Shown here: positions 52,155 through 64,000 of the stretch, piece by piece
How the letters are laid out: each line of letters begins with the position of its first letter
Numbering within the stretch: position 1 is the stretch's first letter
Assembly: GCF_001194135.2 (NCBI RefSeq)
Contig: NC_068986.1
Location: 95,424,435 to 95,488,434 of the forward strand
Source of the DNA: Octopus bimaculoides
Lineage: Eukaryota
Direction: 5' to 3'
Length of the DNA: 64,000 nt
Made by a program: the position numbers and the translations under genes
Notes under the pieces: model-generated
What the model was told of the DNA's origin: nothing
The model's input: only the letters and a program-made list of their open reading frames with translations
The model's database searches: none

Positions 52155-52375
52155 TAGTCTTTTAGTCTTTTACTTGTTTCAGTCATTTGAGCAAATCGAC
52201 CCCCAGGACTTATTCTTTGTAAGCCTAGTACTTATTCTATTGCCGAACTGCCATGTTACGGGGACCTAAACACACCAGCATCGTTTGTCAAGTGATGTTC
52301 GGGGGACATACATAGACACACAAACATAGACACACACATATACACACACATACACACACACACACACACACACGC

Positions 52376-52410
<35 letters not shown>

Positions 52411-52535
52411 ACGGGATTCTTTCAGTTTCTGTCTACCAAATCCACTCATAAGGCTTTGGTTGACCCGAAGTGCCACGCAGTGGGAATGAATTCTGAACCA
52501 TGTGGTTGGTAAGCAAGCTACCTACCACACAGCCA
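52155..52535 (-). mobile_element. SINE family B
   Basis: Reverse-complement homology to 56438-56752, including the head GGCTGTGTGGTAGGTAGCTTGCTTACC. Confidence 0.85.
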
Positions 52536-52910
52536 TAAATTCTGGTTCTGGTGTGCTTTGGCATGGCTGTCAGGATAATCGTACCCTCGGAGGATTGTCC
52601 TGTCTCATGGGAAAGTAGAATCTTGCAAACATTTATGTTGATCATGGTATAAGTGATATCATCCACACTGATATGACACAATTGGTATTTTCTATAACGA
52701 AATGGATGTCTAGAGACATTCTTATCTCTCTTGCTGATTAGGTATTTTATAGTTATCTTCTGTTATAGGATAGCAAAAGAGTAGCCTTCTAAGCTGAGAA
52801 GTGATGTATATATCCGTATATGTATTTGCCAATATATCCAAGTATGTGTATGAATGTGCGTACGTTTGTGCGTACGTTTGTGCGTACGTTTGTGTATATG
52901 TATATGTATG

Positions 52911-53231
52911 TGAAGGCCCGTGGCTTAGTGGTCAGGATATTCGGTCAGGGTATTGGGCTCACGGTTGTGAGTTCAATTCCCGGCAGCACGTTGTGTCCTT
53001 GAGCAAAACATTTTATTTCCCATCGGTCCAGTTTACTCAACTGGCAAAAATGAGCAGTAATTCAAAGAGCCGGCCTTGTCCCAATCTGTATCACGCTGAA
53101 TCTCCCTGAGAACTACGTTAAGGATTGGCGTGTCTGTAGCGTGCTCGAGCAGTTGCTCGTTAATTTTACTAGCAGGCTGTTCTGCTGATCGGATCAACTG
53201 GAACCCTCGTCGTCGTAACCGACGGAGTGTC
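52911..53231 (+). mobile_element. SINE family C
   Basis: tRNA-like head GGCCCGTGGCTTAGTGGTCAGG...GAGTTCAATTCCCGG; tail GATCAACTGGAACCCTCGTCGTCGTAACCGACGGAGTG. Confidence 0.8.
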
Positions 53232-54075
53232 AGTATATATATATATATATATNNNNNNNNNNNNNNNNNNNNNNNNNNNNNNNNNNNNNNNNNNNNNNNN
53301 NNNNNNNNNNNNNNNNNNNNNNNNNNNNNNNNNNNNNNNNNNNNNNNNNNNNNNNNNNNNNNNNNNNNNNNNNNNNNNNNNNNNNNNNNNNNNNNNNNNN
53401 NNNNNNNNNNNNNNNNNNNNNNNNNNNNNNNNNNNNNNNNNNNNNNNNNNNNNNNNNNNNNNNNNNNNNNNNNNNNNNNNNNNNNNNNNNNNNNNNNNNN
53501 NNNNNNNNNNNNNNNNNNTATATATATATATATATATGCATATATATATATGTATATCAATTACATAATATATGTGTATACGTATGTATGTATATATATA
53601 TATGTGTGTGTATGTGGAGATGTGAGGATCTGTGTATGCGAGTCAATATGTCTATGTATGTATGTATGTATGTATGTATGTATGTATGTGTAAGATATGT
53701 CAGCTGCCATCAGATATAAAATAATTAACAAATCAAGACAGCTTCTCTCTGCATACAAAGTCAAATGGGTTTCAGACGGACAGATGACGTTATTAAGAAC
53801 ACCATTGAATGACTTGACAAACTATTGATCAGATAAAGTGGCTTTGGGCTGACTATTTGTCTTTATATGTGCGTATACGTTTATATGTGAGAGTATGTGT
53901 GCGCGTGTATATATGCTTGAATGTAAGCATACATATATGCAAATATAAATGTGCGTGTAAATATCGATATATATTCATATAAATATAAGTATACAATTAT
54001 GTGTACGTTATATGTACATATGCATCAGATATATGTATGTTTATAGATATATATTATATTACATACATATATATG

Positions 54076-54165
<90 letters not shown>

Positions 54166-55601
54166 CGAACAGTCTAATATATGCGCATGAGTAATATTCA
54201 ATATCGAATGTTAATGTGTCACTGTGTACCTGTTTTAATGTATGCATATGTCCATTTATATGTCTACTGAGACTGCAAGTTAGCGGTTGCTAAGTCTATT
54301 TATTAAAAAATAGTTATATCACTCTAACTTTATTACTCATTAAGCACTGAGTAGTATTTGAAGAGAAGAGAGAGAAGAAAAGAGAAATGAAAGGAAAAAA
54401 ACTATATCTATTCAATTGGGATTTCATATTTCCTCTGTTGGGATGTTATTGATATTTCCATGTAATCACTTAATTTATTAAAGATATTAGATAATTCTAA
54501 ATTACTAATTGGGCGCGAAATATTGTTTGAAGAAATAAATATGAAATTGAAAATGGAAAGAGAGTGTGTGTGTGCTATGAGAATTTCAAATTGCTCCCAA
54601 CGGGATGTCGTTAAGTATTTTAATAGGTACCTACGCATGTGAGTGCGCAAAAAATTCAATGTAGTGAGCGCCTACTTATGCTAGTTTGATGCATCAAGAT
54701 CACAAGCTTTCCTGTGATGCAGGGGCAACGGGAACGCATTTAATTGGTATAAGTTGACGTTTATCTGAGAAACACCTTTAAAAAACAGCCTTGATTTTTC
54801 AAGTATGATGACAAACTAATTTAAAGAGAGGCTTCATCCACATATAACATCACAAAGGAGATAAAATACAAAACAAAACATATACCGTTTCGACAAATAA
54901 CATTACATACTACCCCTTATCATTAAATGACCACTCTACGATATAAAACCTCATAAAACATAACAGCCAATGAGGAAATGTGCCCTACTATTAAAACAGT
55001 GATACACAATACATCACGATTGAAATTTGAGAAGCAATACAAAGCAGGGAAATTAAGAAACGTTGATTACCCTATCATGACGAAACGAAAAGTAGTAACG
55101 TAATAAAAGAATGCTCAGTTAATCTAATAAAGAACGAACATACACTATACACTATATATGTATATATCCACCATCCTCTCTGCTCTCGTGTGACCTGTGG
55201 TCAACTTTCTTTTCACTCCAGCCGCTGTGAAGGCAAGACGAACTACTAGCGTTCTACCTCAGATTTGCGTTTGGCCGTACGGCTTTTGAATGTTGTTTTC
55301 ACTGTCCATTTTTTCCTGTCTTGGTTTGCGTTTGCCACCTTGGAATCCTCTATGTAGTGGGTTGATCCACTACTCAGGAAGAGACTATTCTAGAGTACGT
55401 TCTGTCTTGTCTTCGAAACGTCTAGATAGAATAGAGACAGCTGATGAAGGGATATTCCAAGTGGCTTTCCGTTTTCCTATGTGTTCGTTCCGTTGTCTGT
55501 AGTTTATTGTTCTAACGTCCTGTACCCTGATATGCATGTATATACACATGTAGATGTAAGTATGTACATATATGTGTGTATACATGTATATATATTCTTT
55601 G

Positions 55602-55644
<43 letters not shown>

Positions 55645-55947
55645 GTTTAATGTGTGTATCTACAATTCTAATATGCGAGTTTCATTGGGAAATGCAAACA
55701 AATATATCTTTTTGTCACTTGGAAAATATTAAATTGTTCTAAGTAGTTTAATTTCTATTTGGAGAGTCATCGAAGAACAAATACTTTCATTTCAAATTTC
55801 TGATTATTCAATATACATACATACATATATACATATATACGCGTGTGTATGTGTGTGTATGCATGTATGTATGTATGTATGTATGTATGTATGTGTGTAT
55901 ATGTATACGCATATCTATCTATGTATGTGTATATGTACATGTATGTG

Positions 55948-56005
<58 letters not shown>

Positions 56006-56018
56006 NNNNNNNNNNNNN

Positions 56019-56082
<64 letters not shown>

Positions 56083-56437
56083 CGAGGAGACAATTGGTGA
56101 AATAGGGAGATAGCTACATACGTACAAACATCTAAATACACGTGTATATAGAAATTTAGATAGATGTACATAAACACATATACAATACACACACGTGCAA
56201 TTGTAAGTACATGCACACATGGACATAGGTTTATATACATATGTATAAATACACACATACACACACACACTCACACATGTATGCACGCGTGTGTGTGTGC
56301 ATATGTTTAAGTTTGTATATACGTGTGCATGTGTATTACCTTTAAATACGCTTATGTATAAATACGTATTCATGGATAGATATTTATGTGTACATATATT
56401 ATATATGTATTATGTGTATATATATATATATACACAT

Positions 56438-56752
56438 AGGAATGGCTGTGTGGTAAGTAGCTTGCTTACCAACCACATGGTTCCGGGTTCATTCCTACTG
56501 CGTGGCATCTTGGGCAAGTGTCTTCTACTATAACCTCGGGCCGATCAAAGCCTTGTGAGTGGATTTGGTAGACGGAAACTGAAAGAAGCCCGTAGTATAT
56601 ATGTATATATGTGTGTGTGAGTCTGTGCTTGTCCCCCCAAGATCGCTTAACAACCGATGCTGGTGTGTTTACGTCCCCGTAACTTAGCGGTTCGGCAAGA
56701 GAGACCGATAGAATAAGTACTAGGCATCCAAAGAATAAGTCCTGGGGTCGAT
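56438..56752 (+). mobile_element. SINE family B, running into a gap
   Basis: A-box-like TGGCTGTGTGGT, B-box-like GGTTCATTCC, body GCCTTGTGAGTGGATTTGGTAGACGGAAACTGAAAGAAGCCC. Confidence 0.9.
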
Positions 56753-57309
56753 NNNNNNNNNNNNNNNNNNNNNNNNNNNNNNNNNNNNNNNNNNNNNNNN
56801 NNNNNNNNNNNNNNNNNNNNNNNNNNNNNNNNNNNNNNNNNNNNNNNNNNNNNNNNNNNNNNNNNNNNNNNNNNNNNNNNNNNNNNNNNNNNNNNNNNNN
56901 NNNNNNNNNNNNNNNATATATATATATATATATATATATATACATGCATCTACTTATACATATGTTTATACACACACACACGCATATATATATATATATA
57001 TCATATGTAAGTATGTAAATGTATAAAAATATGGAAGAGTTACTATAAAATAGTCAAGAGTGAAACACGGTCGTGCTTTCAGTATTACATTAATGCATTG
57101 CGTGTGTATCTGAGTATCTGCGTGCGTGTGTATGTATACATGTGAGCGAGCGAGTGCGCGTATGTGAGAAAATACAGAGATTAAATATTATAACTCTAGA
57201 ATAGAATTAAACAGACAAGCTGTCTCAAATAGACAGATAGAAAGACAGTCAGACAGATAGACAGACAGATAGAAAAATAGATCACTACATATGTGAGTGT
57301 GTGCGTGTT

Positions 57310-57343
<34 letters not shown>

Positions 57344-57380
57344 CGTGCGTGTATTGACAGACAGACAGACAGACAGACAG

Positions 57381-57417
<37 letters not shown>

Positions 57418-57583
57418 TCTTTTATATGTGTTTGTATGTGTATGTATATATATATATATAAAGTTCATATACGGAGAGAGANNNNNNNNNNGTGTAGACT
57501 CGTCTAAAATTTGTCTTTAAATAATAATCTACAATTAATTCGAAGACTGATCGATAAAGAGGAAGGATAAAAATCGATGTTGC

Positions 57584-57647
<64 letters not shown>

Positions 57648-58921
57648 AAAACTATTTTGTTTTTCCAGTCTCCGTTTTTGCCATTGTTTTATTATTTGTG
57701 TTTGTTTTTTTGTTTTTGCTGTTGTTGTAGATTTTCATATATAGTTATTCTTGTAGTTGATGCTATTTCTCCATGCTAACGTTGCTGTTGTTGTTGCTGT
57801 TGTCTTTGAGTTTGAAATTTTGGAGTTGTTGTTGCTGTAATTATCGCTGTTTTACTTGTTGCTGTTATATTTATTGTTGTTGTTGTTGTTGTTGTCGTTA
57901 TTGTTGTTGCTTTTTGTTATTGCTGATCTGGTTGTTCGTATTACTATTGTTAGTATTTATTCATTTCTAGATTTTGTGCATATTTATTGTAATTATTGTT
58001 GTTGCTGTTGTCGTTGTAGTTATTATTGTTGTTGTTGTTTTTATGGTTCATACTTTCATAATTATTGATTTATTTCCTCCAATGGAAAGCCAGTCGTTCT
58101 TTTAAGAAATAAAGAAATAAATACAAATATGAATAGATAAACAGATAAATAAACAAGACAAGACATTAAAACGAAAGAAAACACATACATTAAAACAAAA
58201 CTAAAATAACAAAACAAAGCATATTTAAAACGAAATCTTAGAAAACGAAATGAATCAATATGGCGTCTCTATAATTTAACATCCCAGCGATCATTGTGTG
58301 AAATAGAGTTAACGTTTTTTGTTTTCGCTTTCGTTCTTTGATTACATTCTCTGTCCGCCCAGATATTTAAATACTGCAACTCTCTTTATCCATCCATCCA
58401 ACTATTTCTGAATCTTCATGCTTTTCCCCATATTCCCAGCATATTCCATATCCCTTTCCTTCATATGTCTTCTCTCCTTTCTACTTCTTCTCCTTCATCT
58501 TCCTCTTTTTCTTCTCTTTTATTTGTTTTTTTCTACTTTTCTTTTGTTTCTCTTCTCTTTCTACCTGTATTTCTTCTACTTCTTTTTCTTTTTCTGTTTC
58601 TTCTCTTTCTTCTACTTCTGTCTTTTCTACTTTTTTCTCTTCTCTTTCTGCTATTTCTTCTATTTATATTTCTTTTATACTCACTCCCTTTCTTCTTCTT
58701 TCGGCTTTTCCTCACCTTATATCATTATTACTGCTGTTGTCATCCTTCTACATCTTAGCTCTCCGTTGTTAATCCACCAGTATTGAATTGCTAGACATCA
58801 AGCTGCGTCCCACAGCCTTAAGTATCTGCGTACTTTTGTTATGGCTGATGTATTGCCAAGCAAACAAACTTTCTGTAGCCTATACGAACTTCTGGAAAAG
58901 TTAAAAGTGGGTAAAACAAAT

Positions 58922-59243
58922 CTTGTTGGCACTCCGTCGCTTATGACGTCGAGGGTTCCAGTTGATCCGATCAACGAAACAGCCTGCTCGTGAAATTAAC
59001 GTGCAAGTGGCTGAGCACTCCACAGACACGTGCACCCTTAACGTAGTTCTCGGGGATATTCAGCGTGACAGTGTGACAAGGCTGGCCCTTTGAATTACAG
59101 GCACAACAGAAACAGGAAGTAAGAGTGAGAGAAAGTTGTGGCGAAAGAGTACAGCAGGTTTCGCCGCCATCNNNNNNNNNNTCGAAACCGCGATCCTATG
59201 ACCGCGAGTCCGCTGCCCTAACCACTGGGCCATTGCGCCTCCA
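58922..59243 (-). mobile_element. SINE family C
   Basis: Reverse-complement homology to 52911-53231. Confidence 0.8.
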
Positions 59244-59546
59244 CCCGGGTAAAATAAATAATGTGTTGATAAAGAAAGAGACCGAAAACAAATACCAGGC
59301 ACCCCTAGGGGATAGACGGGCAAAAATACGCCAAAGGTCTAACAGTAGCCAAGTGACCACTACTCAGATTGGGAAACTTCACGGTTCGGATAACACAAAA
59401 GATGCTTGTTGCCAAGTTCGAAGGATCAGAGTGATGGAGTGACTTGATCTTAATCCAGGGACAGCTTCTCATATTTTGGGGGTTGATGGCAAATTTTTGC
59501 GTTCTGTTTACTACCCAACCTATCCCTGCTTTTAAATAAATAAATT

Positions 59547-59586
<40 letters not shown>

Positions 59587-59589
<3 letters not shown>

Positions 59590-59807
59590 GAGGGGATACT
59601 GAAAAGTTCCTGCCTTTGGGTAAAATAAAGTACAGGAGGATCAGTTAATTGTGATTTTATTCAACATATTTCCCTCTCAGATTCACACACTTATTGCAGC
59701 GGTCCTTCAGTTTTTCTGAACCCTGTAAAAGAACTCGGAAGCTTGGGCCTCCGACCAGGCCTTTCGTGATGCCCTTAAAACCAGGAACTTTCCAGCATCC
59801 CGTCGTG
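59587..59807. mobile_element. Mariner-type MITE, same family as 38713-38937
   Basis: TACGAGGGGATACTGAAAAGTTCCTG / CCAGGAACTTTCCAGCATCCCGTCGTG. Confidence 0.85.
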
Positions 59808-59964
59808 TGTATATTTTGCTTCGGCATTGCTAGACTAATAACCTGGTGTAGATACATACATACATACATACATACATACATACATACATACATGCATGCT
59901 TTGTACTCCTTTTTATATGACACATTTTGTATTATATGTATGGTTCCTTGTGGTCAATAACGAA

Positions 59965-60180
59965 AAGATTGCGGTGAATTGGCAAAATCGTTTAAGTGTC
60001 GGGCAAAATGCGTTGCGGTGTTTGTTTCGGCTCTTTATGATCTGAGTTCAAATCTCATTGAGGTCAACTTTGTTTTTATTCTTTCGAAGTAGATTAAAAT
60101 AAAGTACCAGTCATTTACTAGAGTCGATATGATCGACAAACCTTCTTCCCTAAAATCGCTAGCTTTATGCCAAAATGTAA
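59965..60180 (+). mobile_element. SINE family A, degenerate
   Basis: GAATTGGCAAAATCG...GAGTTCAAATC...GAGGTCAACTTTG. Confidence 0.7.
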
Positions 60181-60926
60181 AACAGTTATCATCATCATCA
60201 TCATCATCACCACCACCATCATTATCATCATCATCATCGTCGTCGTCATCAACATCATTATCATTTCTTGCGCTGGAACGAAATGTTTGTTCTTGTCTCC
60301 TAAAACTTGGATGTTACTTGGTATTTTTATGTGTGGAAAGTTTGTAATTTATGTATACCATAGTGAAACAAAGATATCTATTACCTATTTGCATCGTCTT
60401 CCTCTTCGGAGCAAAACGACATTATAGTTCGTTCGACTTATTTTCAATTTCTGTAATGCTTTGTATTATATAGGAACAAATCAATTCTACCAAGTAAGAT
60501 AACTTCCTTTAAAAGAAAAATCTAAATGTTTATACAAACGTTAAGCGGAAAAATAAGAACATGAACACAAATACTTTACACTTACACAGACTTTTCGGAA
60601 GGAAAAATAATTAAGATTTTTCGAGTAACGAAGATGACTTTGATGTTTCGCTCGACAATAACGACAGCAAAAGCGGTAAAAACAACTCTATCACTGAAAC
60701 ACATGTGTGTTTTTTCAGAAAATTTTGTAATGAAAATGAAACGAATCATATGTTGTAGGCATTTATGTGAGTGAAGACGCCTAACCAAATAGTCAGGGTG
60801 TTGTCTGCAAGATTGTGGTTTCGGTACCGGGACTGGGTAGTACGTCTCGTAGTGTTGTTGAGCAAAAGATTTCATTTTATGTTGCTCCAGTTCTCTCAGT
60901 TGTAAATGAGTAACCATCTGACGGAC

Positions 60927-61144
60927 TGGAGAAGACATCTGAAATTAGTTTCGCTGTTGGGATCCAAAGTTACTTGTAGATCAGGGTTGTTTTCTCTCCA
61001 TATTTTATATGTACTTTTTGTGGTGGTCTCGTTTAGGAGGTAAGATCTACCTGTAAAATAGGCATGTGGTATAGAAAATTATTCTTCTGGCATCTATATA
61101 TGTTTTTGTTTGTTTTAATTGTGGCATACTATACAACCGCTCAC
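60927..61144 (-). repeat. 218-bp duplicate of 62737-62954 (5' portion of the R4-like ORF fragment)
   Basis: Direct repeat with only a handful of substitutions; same boundaries. Confidence 0.9.
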
Positions 61145-61277
61145 GCATACACAGGGAGAATGCTGTGAGTTCGGTTAACTATGCATGAGAAGCGGCTTGA
61201 TGAGTCCTAGGACTCAGAACAGTAGTTGTTGATTTCGATGATGATGATGATTAATATATATGTATGTATGTAGTAAA

Positions 61278-61480
61278 GTGGAGAGCTGGCAGAATCGTTA
61301 GCACGCCGCGCAAAATGCTTAGCGGCATTTCGTCCGTCTTTACGTTCTGAGTTCAAATTCCACCGAGATCGACTTTACCTTTTATCATTTCGGGGTCGAT
61401 AAAATAAACATCAGTTGATGTAATCAACTTAACAACTCCCTCCGAACTTGCTGGCCTTGTACCAAAATTTGAAACCAGCA
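61278..61480 (+). mobile_element. SINE family A
   Basis: GGAGAGCTGGCAGAATCGTTAGCACGCC...GAGTTCAAATTCC...TTTCGGGGTCGATAAAAT. Confidence 0.85.
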
Positions 61481-61494
61481 TATTTGTATGTAGT

Positions 61495-62954
61495 CTTTGG
61501 GATTTTTTCTTTTGTCTTGGGGATTAAGAAGATAATGTTCTCAGTAATCCATTCAAGTGTTGTTTCTGGAGTTTGTTTTTCATTGAATCTTTAATACTTT
61601 TGCTACCACACTGGGCCTTTTAAATATTTTAATTCGAAATTTACATTTTTAATTTTTTGTTTTTCTGTTTTGTCACATCCGAGTTATTTGCCGTGCTGTT
61701 AATGCTTCCATTTATTGTTCAATTGCTACACTTGTTGTTTTAAACATTCTCACTTGTAGAGATCCCTTTGCTGTTCATACTTCTCAACCGAACTCTTCTA
61801 CTTCTCTTGCTGTGAGCATTGAATTGATTTCTCTTTTAATTTTACCTAGCTCTTGATAAAAATCATTTCAGTTTGGAGTTGAACCAATTGTTTTGCTCAA
61901 AAACAAAATCGTTGAATTTTTCAAAATGGTGGATTGCTTACAAATTAATGAGGATTTCACGGTTTAGGCGTCCTTTGTTTTCGAGTATTTCTTGGTTTTT
62001 TTTCTTTCATTTCTGTAGAATTTGTCTTTTATTTTCACTCAAATCCTTCCGTTATTGATTTCCTCAAGGACAGGATGGTCTTTTTTTTTTTCTATTTTTC
62101 TCAATATGTTTATTTTCCACGTTGTTTGCTTCAGTTTAGATCGTCATATATCAGAAATTCTCAGGGAATACCCACTCTTCTTTGTAACTACGCTGGCTAT
62201 TGCGTAGCTTATTTGATATATTCAAGTGATATTGATATTTGCATTTGTTTTCACTAAATCTGCGATGGCTACGCTTGGTGGTGGTGGTGGTGTTTGTTGT
62301 TGCTGCAGCTGCTGCTGCTGTTGTTGTTGTCAGTATTTTATTGTTGTTTTATTTTCACGAGTTACTTTCTTTAGTCCATAAGAAGATCTATCGATTTTAA
62401 TTCTTTGACTATTTCTACCTTTACATAATTGTCATAATCGAAATTTCCATCTTTAGAAGTTTTTATTCCCGAATCTGTTTCATATTCACTTGCATTCATA
62501 GTTTCGTTTGTGTAGTTTTGGTTCGACATTTGTTGGTCAGTTTTCTATGGATATTCTTGAGTTTGATTTTGTTATTTAGTCTGGCGTGTGTTAGATCTAG
62601 CTTCATGATTTACATTCTCAATGCTTATAACTTTAGCATTTTCATTCTCTTTTTCTTTGTTTCATACTTATTTGCATTTTCCTTATATAGTCTTTATTCC
62701 AAGTAATCTGTTTCTATGTCTGATATCGTTTGGGTTTGGAGAAGACATCTGAAATTAGTTTCGCTGTTGGGATCCAAAGTTACTTGTAGATCAGGGTTGT
62801 TTTCTCTCCATATTTTATATGTACTTGTTGTGGTGGTCTCGTTTAGGAGGTAGGATCTACCTGTAAAATAGGCATGTGGTATAGAAAATTATTCCTCTGG
62901 CATCTATATATGTTTTTGTCTGTTTTAATTGTGACATAATATACAACCGCTCAC
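61495..62954 (-). pseudogene. R4/Dong-like LINE ORF N-terminal fragment, decayed
   Basis: TYKIWRENNPDL...; FYQELGK...EVEEF; EWITENIIFLIPK (resembles the pre-RT W.T.G.T.LIPK); many stops. Confidence 0.65.
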
Positions 62955-62959
62955 ACACA

Positions 62960-63054
<95 letters not shown>

Positions 63055-63102
63055 GAAGTTTGAAAACGCCACTATATAAGATAAATTTTAATTTTCTGAG
63101 AG

Positions 63103-63150
63103 ATTTTACATGTTTCGGTTCCTTTTGAAAAAACGAACCTTATCAAAAAT
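63103..63150 (-). ncRNA. Minimal type I hammerhead ribozyme, U3:A8 core variant
   Basis: AUUU-UUGAUAA-GGUUC-(GUUUUUUCAAAAG)-GAACC-GAAACAUGUA-AAAU: 4-bp stem I, 5-bp stem II, palindromic ACAUGU stem III, GUA cleavage triplet. Confidence 0.7.
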
Positions 63151-63306
63151 ATATATTTTTAAAAGTTAAGTGTAATAAAAGAAAAGTTGGCTGTAATAGC
63201 AGCAGTAGCAGAGACCGTTGTTTGCAGTAGTAGTAGTGATCGTGGTGGTAGTGGTGGTTGGAGTTGTAGAATTCTTTTTTTCTTTTTGGATAACCAATAT
63301 ATGGTT

Positions 63307-64000
63307 TTAATGTTCCTGACCCAGGGTGTTTAAACGTGGTCCGAATTTTCTAATGAAATGAAGTTCTTTGTTATAACGTTGGGTGAAGATTGCGTTGTTA
63401 TTGAATTGGTAAAATGGGAAAGTTGTCAATTTTGGATGGTCGCTGACAGGTATTTTCCTGTATTCAGGATTCCTAATTTGGGATTTATGTACTGCCATCC
63501 TTTTTCGTAGGCTGTTTTTTGTATGACCAATATATTGCCTATTGCACCCTGCGCATGTCATCACGTAAATTAAGTTTTCCGATGCACAGGTGAAGTTTGT
63601 TCTGATGGTAAAATGATGGCCTTGTTCTAATGTATATTCCGAACATTCTAATAAGATGTCACAGATCCTGCAGTTGGGCTTTCCACACTTTTTAACTGCT
63701 GGTTTTGTGGTTGTTATTGGGTGCAGTTTAGCCTGGGTTAAAATCTTCTTTAAGGATTTTGGTTGCCGTTTACTTTTCATGATGGTGTACGTTTGGAGGA
63801 TTCGGTTCATCTTTGGGTCTCCCTTGAGTAGGGCTGTGCTTTGGAGAGTGGTGTTGAAGGCCTCATTGTTAAGTGGGTTGTGTGTAGAGATGTAGGGTAT
63901 GGTTTATAATTTTTCTTCCTTTTTTGGTTTTGGTTGTCTCAGGTCTTCTATATTTGATTTAAATGCTCGTTGGATTGCATTGTCTATTAGGAGTTGTGAA
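63307..64000 (-). pseudogene. PLE ORF: RT thumb, Cys-rich linker and GIY-YIG endonuclease
   Basis: LIDNAIQRA...KL*TIPYISTHNP (in-frame stop at 63904-63906); CGKPNCRIC; FTCASENLIYVMTCAGCNRQYIGHTKNSLRKRMAVH; KELHFIRKF. Confidence 0.9.

Larger units (their letters stand above)
63060..64000 (-). mobile_element. Penelope-like retroelement, 3' part (probably Neptune-type), continuing beyond the window
   Basis: ORF remnant plus a 3' region carrying an HHR motif and ending at (TA)n. Confidence 0.85.

Noticed and set aside
58418-58786. Low-complexity ORFs (F/L-rich on plus, R/K-rich on minus)
   Set aside because: Degenerate (CTT/TTC)n pyrimidine tract, not a credible protein.

Overview
Repeat-dense, AT-rich animal genomic DNA from a gapped draft assembly, with many N runs and abundant (TA)n, (CA)n, (GA)n, (TACA)n and (TAGA)n microsatellites. 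The SINE families and repeat landscape suggest a cephalopod, probably Octopus (inference, not database-confirmed). I found no supportable intact host protein-coding gene, rRNA, tRNA or CRISPR array, and most ORF-track entries are microsatellite or gap read-throughs. Recognisable content is decayed transposons: a Helitron with an intact 3' end, a near-full-length mariner, several MITEs, RTE, CR1/L2-like and R4/Dong-like LINE fragments, three tRNA-derived SINE families, and a Penelope-like element (RT thumb plus GIY-YIG) at the right edge. The most interesting signal is a set of minimal hammerhead-ribozyme (HHR) motifs with non-canonical cores: a compensatory U3:A8 core beside the Penelope ORF, and a U6 plus extra-A core in three copies. 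Two of those copies lie in 171-bp direct repeats 576 nt apart that flank an inverted duplication of neighbouring DNA, a retrozyme-like layout. There are also many fold-back hairpins beside microsatellites, a Merlin-like MITE carrying TTAGGG repeats, an R4-like LINE apparently targeting (ACAT)n, and a pre-miRNA-like hairpin. All alignments and foldings were done by eye, and none of the ribozyme or transcription claims has been tested.
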